Part shown: positions 34,002 to 46,143 of the stretch, one piece after another | How the letters are laid out: each line of letters begins with the position of its first letter | Position numbering within the stretch: the stretch's first letter is position 1 | From: Phaeosaccion multiseriatum | Lineage: Eukaryota; Protista; Ochrophyta, other classes | Direction: 5' to 3' | Length of the DNA: 64,000 nt | NCBI GenBank assembly: GCA_965112735.1 | Contig: OZ218961.1 | Span: 1 to 64,000, forward strand | Position numbers and translations under genes: made by a program | Notes under the pieces: model-generated | Told to the model about the DNA's origin: nothing | The model's database searches: none | Seen by the model: the letters and a program-made list of their open reading frames with translations, nothing else

Positions 34002-37000
34002 GCACACGCACACACACACACCTACACTCCCAACACCACCCACCTTGAACTGCGAGGGGCGTGCCACTGTCCTGAGGAGGGGGGGCAGCACAGCGGAGAG
34101 GTAGGGGGCGAAGTCTTTGCCGAGCACACCCGCGATGCGCGCACAGCCCATCTGCACGTAGCCGAGGTCCACGTGTTGGTCATTCGCATTCCCAGCGCCA
34201 TCTGTGGACGGGGAGACGAGAGGCCCGAGCACCGCCATCATGTCGTGCGCGTCTTGCCTTCATCGTGAGGACAGAGGAGGGAGGGAGGGAGGGAGGGAGG
34301 GAGGGAGGGAGGGAGGGAGGGAGGGAGGGAGGGAGGGAGGGAGGGAGGGAGGGAGGGAGGGAGGGAGGGAGGGAGGGAGGGAGGGAGGGAGGGAGGGAGG
34401 GAGGGAGGGAGGGAGGGAGGGAGGGAGGGAGGGAGGGAGGGAGGGAGGGAGGGAGGGAGGGAGGGAGGGAGGGAGGGAGGGAGGGAGGGAGGGAGGGAGG
34501 GAGGGAGGGAGGGAGGGAGGGAGGGAGGGAGGGAGGGAGGGAGGGAGGGAGGGAGGGAGGGAGGGAGGGAGGGAGGGAGGGAGGGAGGGAGGGAGGGAGG
34601 GAGGGAGGGAGGGAGGGAGGGAGGGAGGGAGGGAGGGAGGGAGGGAGGGAGGGAGGGAGGGAGGGAGGGAGGGAGGGAGGGAGGGAGGGAGGGAGGGAGG
34701 GAGTAGGGAGGAGGGAGGAGGGAGGAGGGAGGAGGGAGGAGGGAGGAGGGAGGAGGGAGGAGGGAGGAGGGAGGAGGGAGGAGTGAGGAGTGAGGAGAAA
34801 GGAGGGAGGAGGGAGGCCATGAGGGGTCATGAAGTGCAGGTCAGGGAAAGAGGGGAAGGGAAAGAGGGGAAGGGAAAGAGGGAAGGGATCAGGTGAAGGA
34901 CGCCTAAATGCCCCTCAGTTGCTGCCTGACCTGAAGTGTTGCTTTCCCACCGCGTTGCCAGCCATGGCCATGCCCTCCACAGCCTTGCCTCTGAGAAGCA
35001 CCACCTGTTGGCATGGGGGAGGGGAGTTAGAGGCACATGGGGGAAGGGGGAGTTAGAGGCATATGGGGGAAGGGGTAGTTAGAGGCATATGGGGGAGGGG
35101 AGTTAGAGGCATATGGGGGAGGGGAGTTAGAGGCACATGGGGGAAGAGGGAGTTAGAGGCACATGGGGGAAGAGGGAGTGGGGCGCGTGGAGGGGATGCA
35201 GATGCAAGAGGAGGGCCGGAAGGAAGGGGGTGGAGGTTAGGGGGAGGCGAGAAGGGATGAGAGAAGGGAGGAGAGAAGGGAGGAGAGAAGGGAGGCGAGA
35301 AGGGAGGCGAGAAGGAGTCCTTGGGACACCCGCTTCACTTTCAGTTTCACTTTCAGTTTCACTTTCAGTCTCCGTGAATATCTGTCCCTCCCTTCCGTAC
35401 CTGCCCCTTATCGTCCCCCCCGGGGGCCTGCAAGATGCCCTTTGCGATGCCCATAAAGTGGGCGTAATAAGGCAGGAAGTGACCCCCAATCACGTTAGCC
35501 ACGTTGGCGACGGCGGACAGCGCCTCCTGAAGCACCACCACGTGAGGGTTGGGCTGTGACAGCAGCTGCAGCAGCCCAGATAGGAGCGCGTCTTTCTGAA
35601 ACGCCAAGTGCCGGTAGGCGCAGTGCGCGGGGGAGGCGAAGACGGCGACAGACAGGGCGGCGAGGGCCTGCAGACGGGGCATGCCCGCGTTGACTCCCTC
35701 GGGACTCAAGCTCGCCACGAGCACAGGCACCACCTGGTGGGTGGATGCAAGGAGGGCAGTGAATGGAAGGATGGTAGAGCATACGATGTGAGGATGTACG
35801 TTTCGATAGCTGCAACTGGAGGAGCAATTACACATGATACATACATCGAAGGACGTGTGTCACTTGCTCTGTTCGGAAAGAAGAATAGAATAGAATCGGT
35901 TGCTCTGTTTGTTTCAAGGGGTGGGAGAGCTCCTCCCTCCTCCCCTCTCTCCCCTCCCCTCCCCTCCCCCCCTCACCTGGGCATGAAACATCTCCTGGAA
36001 GGAGGGCCCTTCCTTTGTCTCCTGCTCGGTGAACAACTCACTCATCCTCCTCAGACAGAACAGCAGCTGCCACCTCACCCTCGGATGCGGGTCCCCTGCA
36101 AAGTGCAGCAGCGGCGGCAGCATCTCCGGCAAGAGCGCATGCATGTCCTTCTGACAGCCGTCGGAGAGGAGCGCCAAGGCAAGCAGTGCCGCCCTCCTCT
36201 TCTTCCAGTCTCCTCCGTCCGCCAGAAAGCCTCGAATGAGAGGGAAGGCCACATTGAGGACCATCTTGCCACCCACGGCCGTGGCAATGCGGTCGAGCGC
36301 CACTGCGGCAACATCGCTCACCTCCTCCCCCTCTGCGTCCTCCCCCTCGCCGTCGCCATCTGCACCCAGCCCTCCTGCGCCAAAGTCAATTTGACCAAAG
36401 TCCAGTCGCTGTGCCCACTGCATCCCTGAGCTCTGCCCTCCCCCCTGCCCCTCTTCGTCGTCATCGTCCTCAAGCTGACTGAGCATGTCGACAATGATGG
36501 GCACCATGGACCCAAGCACAGAGGCACCCACCTTGCGCACCGCACCGGGGTCTCTGAAGAGGAGGGAGGGAGGGTGGAGAGAGGAGAGAAAGAAAGGAAG
36601 GAGGGGGGTAGAGGAAGAGAGAGAGAGAAACAGGGAGAGAGAAGGGGAGAGGGCAATGAAAGAGTACACAAGCGAAAGACCGCGGGGTGAGACAAGGATT
36701 GGGCCCCCCCCCGGCTCGACCCCCAACACCACGAAGAGAAATAGAGAGTCGGGCCAGGAAAGGGACAAGGCAGAGGAGCAAGAGAGAGTCGGGCCTCCCT
36801 TCAGGCGACATGCAAGTCCGTCTGTCCAGGCACCTTCTGCCCTTGTGTCCCGATACCTTCTGCACCCAACAACTTATCCACCCACCCACCCACCTGCCCA
36901 TCCCCCCACCCACACACTCACCCACCCACCCATTCATATACCACACCCGCTTACCTCTCGCAGAAGGAGACGAAGAACTCGAGCGCCACCTCCCTCGTGC

Positions 37001-39205
37001 CCACTTCTAAGGCTCTGCTCTGCGCCAGCTGCTCCATGGCCTGCCCGACCTCTCTGACGCTTGCCCTGAGGAGGGTGGGCTGCTTGTCGGCCACCACGGT
37101 AAGGCACGAGAGGGCTTCCACAGCAAGGTCCTCTTTGCCTTCGTTCAGCACCTCCCCCACCACCTGAGTGGACAGAGGGTTGGAGGGTTGGAGGGTTGGA
37201 GGTTACAGGGAGGCAGGGAAGGAAGCATGGGTGAGTGGGCAGTTTGCCCTCCCGCTCTATTCCTCTTTCTCTCTCACTCTCGCTCTCTCCCTTCTCTCTC
37301 CCCTCTTCCTCTTGCGGGGGGAATGACACCCACACACCCCCCACACACCGCACATACCCACGCTGCCCGTGGGCTGCCATCCGCCCTACCTGCAGCATCT
37401 GTGGGATGAGGGGGCTGCACAGCGTGAGTGCGTGCGCGTCCATGCTCTCGTCCTGCAGGAAGGAGCACGCGGCCTTGAGGGCCGCCACGCGCACACCCAC
37501 GTCCGAGGGGTGCCGCAGACCAGAGGCGAAGATCTGCCAACAGGTGTATGGGCAGGTATATGGGCAGGTGTATGGGCAGGTGTATGGGCGTGGATCAGGG
37601 TGGGTTGAGTTGGGGCAGGGGGTAGGGGTAGGAGGGTGAAACTGGACCCGCAACAGCTCACTGAAGCGAACACTGGAGCGAACACTGAAGCTGGGACGAA
37701 TCTCCTACCCATCTGCTTCCATCTGCTTTCAAGCATGTCTCCTTCCATCTACTCCGCCATTCTTCATCTCGTGCCCATCTGCTGCCATCTGACTGACCTC
37801 GAGCAGCGTGAGTGCGTGGGGCTTGAGCGCTTGTCCAGCGTACTCCGCGAGCTTCTCCACAACAGTCAGCCCCACCACCGCTCTGTGCACCGTGTCCAAG
37901 GAGGAGGGGGAGGAGGAGGAGCACTCCGCACACAGGGTCAGGGTCAGCTGCATCAGCTCCGGCCATGTCTGCTCTGGCTGTACCACCATCTTCCCTGCCT
38001 GCCCTGCCTGTCCGGGGCCGCTGAGGGACGCGTCCGCTACCTGGCCGATGGTGTGCGCCACCTGAGTAGAGGCATATGGGGGGGGGGGAGGGAGGATGTT
38101 AGAGCAGAGGGGAGTGGAGGGAATGGTGACCACCCCACTGAGTGTCAGCGCTGTTGAGCAAGTACCGGCACTAAGCACCATGTGCCATGAGGGAAGGAGA
38201 GAGAGAGAGAGAGGGAGGGAGAGGGAGAGGGAGAAAAGGAAAGAGCGACCGAGAGAGAAGAGAGACACCATACCCCATGCATGCACGCACCATACCCCAT
38301 GCATGCACGCACCATACCCCATGCATGCACGCACCATACCCCATGCATGCACGCACCATACCCCATGCATGCACGCACCATACCCCATGCATGCACGCAC
38401 CATACCCCATGCATGCACGCACCATACCCCATGCATGCACGCACCATACCCCATGCATGCACGCACCATACCCCATGCATGCACGCACCATACCCCATGC
38501 ATGCACGCACCTTAAGGCGGATGTGACCCGCGGGCTCTCCGACGACACTTCTGAGGAGGCATTCTCGGAGGGCGAAGCGCGTGCTGGGCTGGATGCGCTG
38601 CCAGGTGTCACTACGGCGGCTGAGGGGGGAGACGGAAGAGGAGGAGGAGGAGGAGGGGGAGGGCTGAGACAAGGGGGTGAGGGTGGTGAGTACGTTCGGG
38701 TGGCAGGGCGTACTTCCAGGGGCTCAAAAGGCGAGTGTTGACCAATGGGGGCTATGTATGCAGCTTGCTGGGTGCAAGGCCCTGAGCGTGGCGGGGAGGG
38801 TGGTGGAATGATGGCTACAAGAAGGAGTCAAGTGAGAGTGAGGAGAGTGCAAGCAAGGCGTTCCCTGCACAATATCCAATGAAGCGCCTTTGCGATGGCC
38901 AATCGATTGGTGAGGCGGAGGGGCGGCGCGGAGGGGCGGCGGCCGAGGGTAGTGGAGAGCAGTGCTTACCTGAAGAGCGACCTGAGCAGCACTGCGGCCA
39001 TGGCCCTCTGGGGCTCATCCGCCCCCGTCTGCTGTCCCTGCGGTGCCCCCCCTTCCCCTGCCCCTGCCAGTATCCTGCACAGCCCCTCGGTGGCCTGGTC
39101 TGGACTGGACTCCTTGATTTGTTCCCACACCACCTCGGCCTCCTTTCTGGCCGCGTTGTCCACCCCCATGAAGGCAGCAATGAGCTGCTCCAGCGAAGGA
39201 AGCAT
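30804..39205 (-). CDS. IPO5: Importin-5 / karyopherin beta-3-like HEAT-repeat protein (13 exons)
   Basis: Exons 39205-38970, 38619-38511, 38061-37798, 37533-37390, 37163-36955, 36553-35977, 35733-35401, 35004-34931, 34257-34044, 33811-33707, 33463-33317, 32539-31481, 31373-30804. Motifs: [70 protein letters not shown]. Confidence 0.88.
32650..33220. repeat. Intronic ~30-bp minisatellite (TTCGCTACCTGCCTGCCTTCCTGCCTTCC)n
   Basis: Compound CCTT/CCTG tandem array within an importin intron. Confidence 0.9.
34275..34790. repeat. Intronic (GGAG)n microsatellite
   Basis: Reads (CCCT)n on the importin sense strand, directly upstream of the acceptor at 34258. Confidence 0.95.
38267..38510. repeat. 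22-bp tandem repeat, 11 copies, starting exactly at an importin splice donor
   Basis: Sense unit GTGCGTGCATGCATGGGGTATG. Confidence 0.92.
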
Positions 39206-39995
39206 GGTCAAATAGACGCTCGAGACAATCAACCAACCAATTCAACCCTCCCTCGCCTCCGTTGCTGCTCACAGCGAGCTTTTTTCAAGAGGGGGGGGGA
39301 CTTTATTTAAGAGGGGGGGAGCTTTGAAGATTCAAATGCCTGATACAAATGGCGAACACGGCCTGGATGTCGAAGTACACTACTTGGGCCCATTTTTCAT
39401 TTTTCTCTTTTCTCTCTCTCTTTCTTCTCTGTATTCATGTATTCATTTTTTGTTCGGTGGCTATTCACACACTACTCACAGCTCCTTTCTCATGTACACA
39501 CGTGCCGCCCACAGCGGATGGTGGGAATGTGAGCATGGAGAAACGGACAAGGGAACAAGTTAAGGGATGGAGGAAAGGAGGGGAGTATCCGACAGCTCCA
39601 CAACGGGAGCAACAGTCCGGATGAGTCGTTCGGGGAGGGGGAAAAGAAGCTCGGCTCTGCTGACACTCTGGCAGTCTTGACACTCTGACAGGGTCTGAGG
39701 GGGGTACAGTATGGAGTCCGAAGGTGTCGTTACTGTACCCTTACCTTACCCTCTTGGCCAGGCTACTCCTTTGCCTGTCCGCCGCCTCCCCCCCCCCACC
39801 TTCTCTCTCTTCATCTTCTCACCATTCCGATCACCCGGACCCCCCTTCCCCCACCTTCCCTTCATCTTCCCACCAGACCGACCACAGCACACACGCACCA
39901 GCGGCAAATCATCTCCGCCAAGGACACACCAAGGGTCTCTTGGTAAAGGGCAAAGGGCAAAGGGCCTTTGGTGAGGGGCAAAGCGCCTCTTCGTT

Positions 39996-41537
39996 CTATA
40001 CTTTGGCGCACAGAACGGTCTTGCGGAAGCAGCGCTTCTCGTGGTCGTTGACCATGCCCACGGTCTGCATGTAAGCGTAGCAGATGACAGGCCCCACGAA
40101 CATCGCCCCCTTCTTCTTCAGCGCTTTGGCCATCGCTTTGGACGCAGGGCTCTGAGTGGGGGCGTCTTTGAAGCACTACGGAGGAGGGGAGGGAGGGAGG
40201 GAGGGAGGGAGGGAGAGGGAGGGAGAGAGGGAGGGAGGGAGGGAAGGAGGGAGGGAGGGAAGGAGGGAGGGAGGGAGGGAGGGAGAGAGGGAGGGAGGGA
40301 GGGAGGGAGGGAGGGAGGGAGGGAGGGAGGGAGGGAGGGAGGGAGGGAGGGAGAGGAGAGGGAGAAAGGAAGGAGGGGGATAGAGGGAGGGAGACAAGAG
40401 AGGAAGAGAGAGAAATAGGGAGAGAGGGAAGGGGGGAGGGAGGGAGGGAGGGAGGGAGGGAGGGAGGGAGGGAGGGAGGGAGGGAGGGAGGGAGGGAGGG
40501 AGGGAGGGAGGAAGAATGACAAAGAGAGAAACAAAGAGGGGTGCGAGAGCGAGAAGAGCGGAGGGTGACAGAGAAAGAAGACAGGGGAGGGGAGGGTGGA
40601 GAGAGAAACAAGAAAGGGACGGGGCGGAGAGAGTGAGTCAGAGCGGAAGCCGCGGGGCTGCTCTCGGCCGGAGAAAGCCGAAACAGCAGCAGCAGAAGGA
40701 GGAGCAGAGGGACTGGGTGATACAGCAGTTGGTGATCCGCACCCACTTGTAGGTCTGGGTTCTGGACGGGCAGTCCTCCGGGCACGAAGCTCCAGAGGAA
40801 GCGACTGAGCCCCCCCTCCCCGCCGTGCTCCTGCTGCAGCTCCGAGCACACTTTGGCGTTGACTACGACGCTCTTGAGCTTGTTGCTGCGGTGCAGCCGT
40901 TGGTGAAAATGCAAAGGCAGCCAGTGAGTACCATGGGCATCACACGGACATCAACGCAGGTGGTCCGGAGGACCCATGTCTTCCTCTCATTCCCGCCCCC
41001 CCTCTCCTCTCCCCTCTCTCTCACCGGTTGCGGATGATGTCCTGTGCTTGACAGAGTCTCTCTGCGGTCTCGTCGGCGTCCCATTTGGCGAGGGTTGCGA
41101 TGTCGAAGTTGGCAAAGCGCTGACGAAATGCGTCCCTCTTGTTGAGCACGCAGCTCCAGCTCAACCCAGCCTGCCGCAAAAAGTGATACACGAAGAGCAG
41201 AGAGGGTGTTAAGCTTACTCCTACAGGTGTAAACGACACTGACGAGCTAAGCTTTCAAGCTGGAACCAGCACTTTGGGTAGTCCCTGAAAGCCTCCCAGT
41301 ACGAGGATTTCGATACCTGAAAGCCTCCCAGTACGAGGAATTCGAACAATTTATTGTCGTCGCGGAGAGGAGTGCCCCACTCGGTGTCGTGATAGGCGAG
41401 GAGGGTAGGGGAGAAGCCCGAGTTTACTCCCCCCCAATTGCACCTGCTGACGGAGCTGCTGGCGCCAGTCGCAGAGTCGGCAGAGGCAGGGCCGCTGGTC
41501 GGCAGGGACGAGTAGGGAGGTGAAGAGGTAGTAGTAG

Positions 41538-41578
<41 letters not shown>

Positions 41579-41685
41579 GTATTAGCCCTTGTTGAGGGGC
41601 GGCAAGTCCTCTTTGCTTCTGCAGCGGGCTCCTCTTCCACTTGGGCAACACCCCGTGCCCTCTTCCTCTTCTCTACTGCAAGCAT
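39996..41685 (-). CDS. tag: DNA-3-methyladenine glycosylase I (Tag family), 4 exons
   Basis: Exons 41685-41317, 41170-41025, 40885-40747, 40175-39996. Motifs: RC.W...YHDTEWG.P, LFE.L.L..FQAGLSW, IIRNRNK, FVGP.ICYAYMQ.VGMVNDH...CF (Zn ligands present). Confidence 0.92.
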
Positions 41686-41888
41686 AGTGCCCAATCACGA
41701 AGAGGAGAACAAAAGGTAGCGCGGGAACGCTTTTCCCCCCTTTCTCCCGTCATGAGAGAGCACCGGGCTCCTTTTCGCCGTCTAGTGCCATCCACACCCC
41801 CCCCCGCCCCGAGCGGCTAAAAGTAAATTTATTAACTTGTTCTGTGTGGTGCGGAGAGCAAAGGCGCAAGAGAGAGAGAAAGAAGATC

Positions 41889-44800
41889 ATGGCTCCCAAG
41901 GTAACAGCGGCAGGTATGGTAGGGCTCGTGGCGGCTCTGCTGCTCGGCCAAAGTGCCGGATTTGTAGCCCCTCCATCCGCGCCAAGGGCATTGGGGAACA
42001 GCGGCGGCAGCATGGCAGGCCTTCAGGCAGTGTCCAGCGGTGACGCCAGCAGGACGAGGTCGCTCTCGAGACGGACGTTCGCGGGAGATCGAAGGAGCTC
42101 CTTGTCGGCCGTTAGCATGAGCGTGGAGAAGAAGGATGCTTACAAGGTAGGCGAGGAAGGAGGGAGAGGAGAAGGAGGGGGGGTGCGGCGAGGAGCAGCA
42201 GCAACAGCAGCAGCAGCAGCAGGGGAAGTGGGTCGAATGAGGCGAGCTGCTGCAGCGCTGCGATACAAGAGCGGCAACTGCGGCCCCAACGACAGGGAGG
42301 TGGAAAATAGGAGAGGAGGTCGGCACGATGAGGAAGAGAGCATTGGCCCGAGAGGAGGGAGCATTGCGAGGCAATGGGCAGTGGGCAGTGGCGCGGGCCA
42401 ATGGGCCTGTCCCTTCTCTACTGTGGAGAAGAAAGGGGCCAACCCTGCGAGGTTCCGAAGGGGCTTGCGGTACCTACTACTAGTCCACCTTGAAGGCCTG
42501 CGAGGGAGTAGGGAGTGGACAAAGCGGAGAATGGAATGGTCCCCCCCCCCCCCGCCGCGCGGCACCTCACTGCCTTGGTCTGGGCCCTTTGCTATATCCC
42601 CTTATCCCCTCTCTCCCCTCTCTCCGTGGAGTGTCCCTGTGTCCCCATTACCCTCTTTGCCGTATCTGACTGCTCTGCGGTCGCGCAGGATGGGATGGCA
42701 GTGGATGGAATGGCAGTGGATGGGATGGTCGGTCACACTATATCTCACGTCGCGTCCCTCGCACTATTTTACCGCCCAGGTCGGCATCGTGGGAGCCACT
42801 GGGGCCGTGGGAGAGGAGATCTTGGGCTGTCTCGACAAGTGCGGCTTCCCCGTCAGCGATATTGCGCTCTTTTCTTCCGCAAGGAGGTGAGGCACATGCT
42901 CATGTGTCACCATCTGCTGCAGCAGCGTCGGCCCTGTTCTGCTCTGCTCACTGCTGCTCCTCTGTTTCCTTTACCGTGTCTCTGTATGAACTGTGCTGTG
43001 CGCGTGTGTGTGTGCGCGCGCGTGCCCTCTGCTCGTGTGGCGCAGTGCGGGCAAGGTCAAGTCCACCTTCAAGGGTGACGTCACCATTCAGGAGTTCGCC
43101 CTGGAGGAGGTAAGCTTACGTAGTGTTACGTAGCCTTACCATCTGGAGGAGGGCTTCGCTTCCCTTCCCTCTCTCCCCTCCCCCCTTCCCCCCTCGCCCC
43201 TCTCCACCTCCCCGCTTTGCCTGCTCTTCACCCGTCAACCTCCCACGGTTGCGCCTACCCACACACCGCGAGTACTCTTATCTTACTCTTACCTCGAGCT
43301 CGAGAGCCCAAGCCCAAACCATCCCAAAGCACGCAAGTGACCCCGTCCTCCCTCCTCCCTCCTCCCTCCTCCCCTCCAAAGGCCCGCTCCTGCGACTTTG
43401 TGTTCCTTGCCGTGGACGGCTCCTTCGCCCTCGAGTACGCGCAGCAGATCTGCGAGGGAGACGGGCCCGTGGTCATCGACAACTCCTCCGCCTGGCGCAT
43501 GGACGACTCTGTGCCTCTGTGCGTGCCCGAGATCAACATCGACAAGTGTGAGGGCAAGAAGCTCATCGCCAACCCCAACTGCACCACCTCCATCGCCCTC
43601 ATGGCGCTCGCCCCGCTGCACAAGGAGTTCGGCATCAAGAAGTGCATCATCTCCACCTACCAGGTGAGGCAGGGCAGTACGTATGCTTACGTGGGGTTAC
43701 GTGAGGTGAAGAAGTGCATTTTCTCCACATTTCCAAAAAAATAGGGGTCGTTCTAGGATGCTTCAAAAAATCATTCTTCTCTCTACGAATCAGTCGACCT
43801 CTCGTCGCCGTGCTTCAAACCGAGTCTTTTGCTGAGAACAACACTGCCCCACTACCCAAGGGCTGCTTACACTGAAGGCACCACGCAACGCACTCCTCAT
43901 CTTCATCATGGTCATGGGCATCTCTCCCTTTTCTCACCCTCTCTCCCTCTTCCCCCCTTCATCACTCTCCGTCTCCCCCCCCTCCCTCTCCTCCTTGCTT
44001 CTGAACTGTTCCTCTCGTGCGGTGGCGGCTCCACCTCCTCAGGCCGCTTCCGGCGCAGGAGCCCCGGGCATGCAGGAGCTCATCGATGAGACCAAGAAGT
44101 AAGGGATGGCAGTGGATGGGGGAAAGCCCTGCTAGAGGCATATGAGAGACAGGAAGAGGAGGAGGAAGCGAAGAATGGCCGCTACCAAACCGCGCGAACC
44201 TTTAGCGACTTACTGACTCACAGCATTGCTCACTGCCTTCCTCTCGTCTGCCATGCTCTTCCATACCCTGCGTAACCTTACATGCTCTTACATAACATTA
44301 CATACTCTGACGTAACCTTACATACCCTCCCATGTTCTTGCAGCTTCGTAGTGGACGGCACGGCCCCCTCCAACAAGATCTTCGCGCACCCCCTGCCCCT
44401 CAACGTCATCCCACACATCGACGTGTTCCAGGACAACATGTACACCAAGGAAGAGATGAAGGTAAGCACTCGTCAGTGACTCGCAGTAGTCAGTAAGTCA
44501 GCAACGACCATATACACGACGTCACACCGAGCAAGACATAGATATCAAGTTGAGAGTCAGAAAATGACAACCCCCATCCACTGCCATCCTCCACCTTCTC
44601 TCTCTCTCTAAGGTGACGTGGGAGAGCCGCAAGATCATGAACGAGCCCGAGCTTGCCGTTTCGTGCACCTCGGTGCGCATCCCCACCCTGCGTGCGCACA
44701 GCGAGGCCATCACCATCGAGACCGACAAGGAGGCCGACGCTGACAAGGCCAGGGAGGTGCTGGAGCAAGCCCCCGGCGTCAAGGTTGTGGACGACCCTCT

Positions 44801-45546
44801 CAAGAACGTGTACCCCATGCCCCTCACCGCCACCGGTAAGGGCCTGGGATGGCAGTGGATGGCAGTGGATGGGTGGGGTGGGTTGGGGGGATGTGTGTGC
44901 GTGCGTAGTGAGTGCGTTTGGTGCTTTGGTCCCAAGGCCTTCGGTCCTAAGGCCTAACCCTAAGGCCTAACGCTAAGGCCTAACGCTATGGCCGGCCTCA
45001 GGGGCTTTCCCTTGTTCTCCTCTCCCTCTCCTCTCCTCTCCTCTCCTCTCCCGCTCTTGCCCCCCCTCCCCGAACCCTAACGCTAACATCCCCTCCCCCC
45101 CTCAGGGAGCTTCGATGTGGAGGTGGGGCGCATCCGCCCGTCTGTGGTGTTCGGTGATCACGGCCTCGATCTCTTCGTGTGCGGCGATCAACTCCTCAGA
45201 GGAGCTGCCCTCAACGCCGTACTCATTGCCAAGGTCGGTGGGCAGGGGAAGGCAGAGGGCAGGGAGGGAGGCCTCCGTAGGCATGTGCAGGCGTGTGATG
45301 GATGTGGAGATGGGCCTTTTGCCTTGAGCGTCGTCTGTGCGCTGGCCAAGTGCGTGCCCCTTGGTGCCGCTGGTGCCCTTGGTGCCACTGGTGCCGCTAT
45401 TTGGGCCTCCCTGGTGCCGCTATTTGGGTCTCCCTGGTGCCGCTATTTGGGTCTCCCTGGTGCCGCTATTTGGGCCTCCCCCTCACCCCCACTCCACCCA
45501 TCCCGCCACGCCCCCGTCCCTTTGTGTACAGGAGCTCGTGCAGTGA
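41889..45546 (+). CDS. asd: Aspartate-semialdehyde dehydrogenase with bipartite plastid presequence (9 exons)
   Basis: Exons 41889-42146, 42780-42886, 43046-43109, 43382-43663, 44043-44098, 44344-44461, 44613-44835, 45106-45233, 45532-45546. Motifs: [57 protein letters not shown]. Signal peptide then SAG-FVAP (ASAFAP-like). Confidence 0.95.
43745..43970 (+). repeat. Dispersed ~200-bp intronic element, copy A
   Basis: Near-identical to the reverse complement of 53407-53613 (GGGTCGTTCTAGGATGCTTCAAAAAATC...CCCCCCTTCATCACTCTCC). Confidence 0.9.
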
Positions 45547-46103
45547 GAGAGACGCATATCGATGTCGAAATCGATGTCGAAATCAAGGAGAGGAGAGCAA
45601 AGCTGAGGAGAGGGAGGTGGGCTGAGAGCAGGAGGACAGCGCTGGTGTAGCGGTTGGTGATACAGCAGCAGCAGCAGCAGCGGCAGCAGCAGCAGCAGGA
45701 GGAGGAGGAGGGCAGGAGGAAGTAGCGGAAGAGTTTCTCCTCGCAGTTTTTGGTACTTGACCGAGTGAGCACAGGGAGTGAGCACAGCGAGCGCCTTAGA
45801 TAGATTGTCTTTCCGTTTCAGTTTCATTCGACCCCCAATCAATGGCCCAATCAATGGCCCAATCAATGGCTCGCCCTTCGATTGGGGAAGACAGGACAAG
45901 GGGCCGAGAGAAATGGCTGAGCGCCCCCTGGGTCGCAAAGTTTACAGATGGCGTAGAGTAGTGTAGTGTCAAGCAGCAGCACATTCGCTGTTGTGATTAT
46001 CATTTTATCGCTTTTTTTAGTGGCACCATCACTCCCCTGCCCATTTGGCGCCGTGTGGGCCCTTTACTTGTCTCTGTCTGCGGTACAGAGCTTGCTAATT
46101 AAT

Positions 46104-46143
<40 letters not shown>

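Noticed and set aside
32584-34896. Long ORFs such as (PSLP)n, (GREG)n, (LPAF)n
   Set aside because: Stop-free translations of intronic microsatellites inside importin-5. The same applies to the (LTHS)n, (SVCL)n and (HACT)n ORFs elsewhere.
43745-43970. snoRNA or whole-intron introner call for the 200-bp element
   Set aside because: No C box or terminal ACA arrangement is visible, and similarity does not reach the splice sites. Kept as an unclassified repeat.
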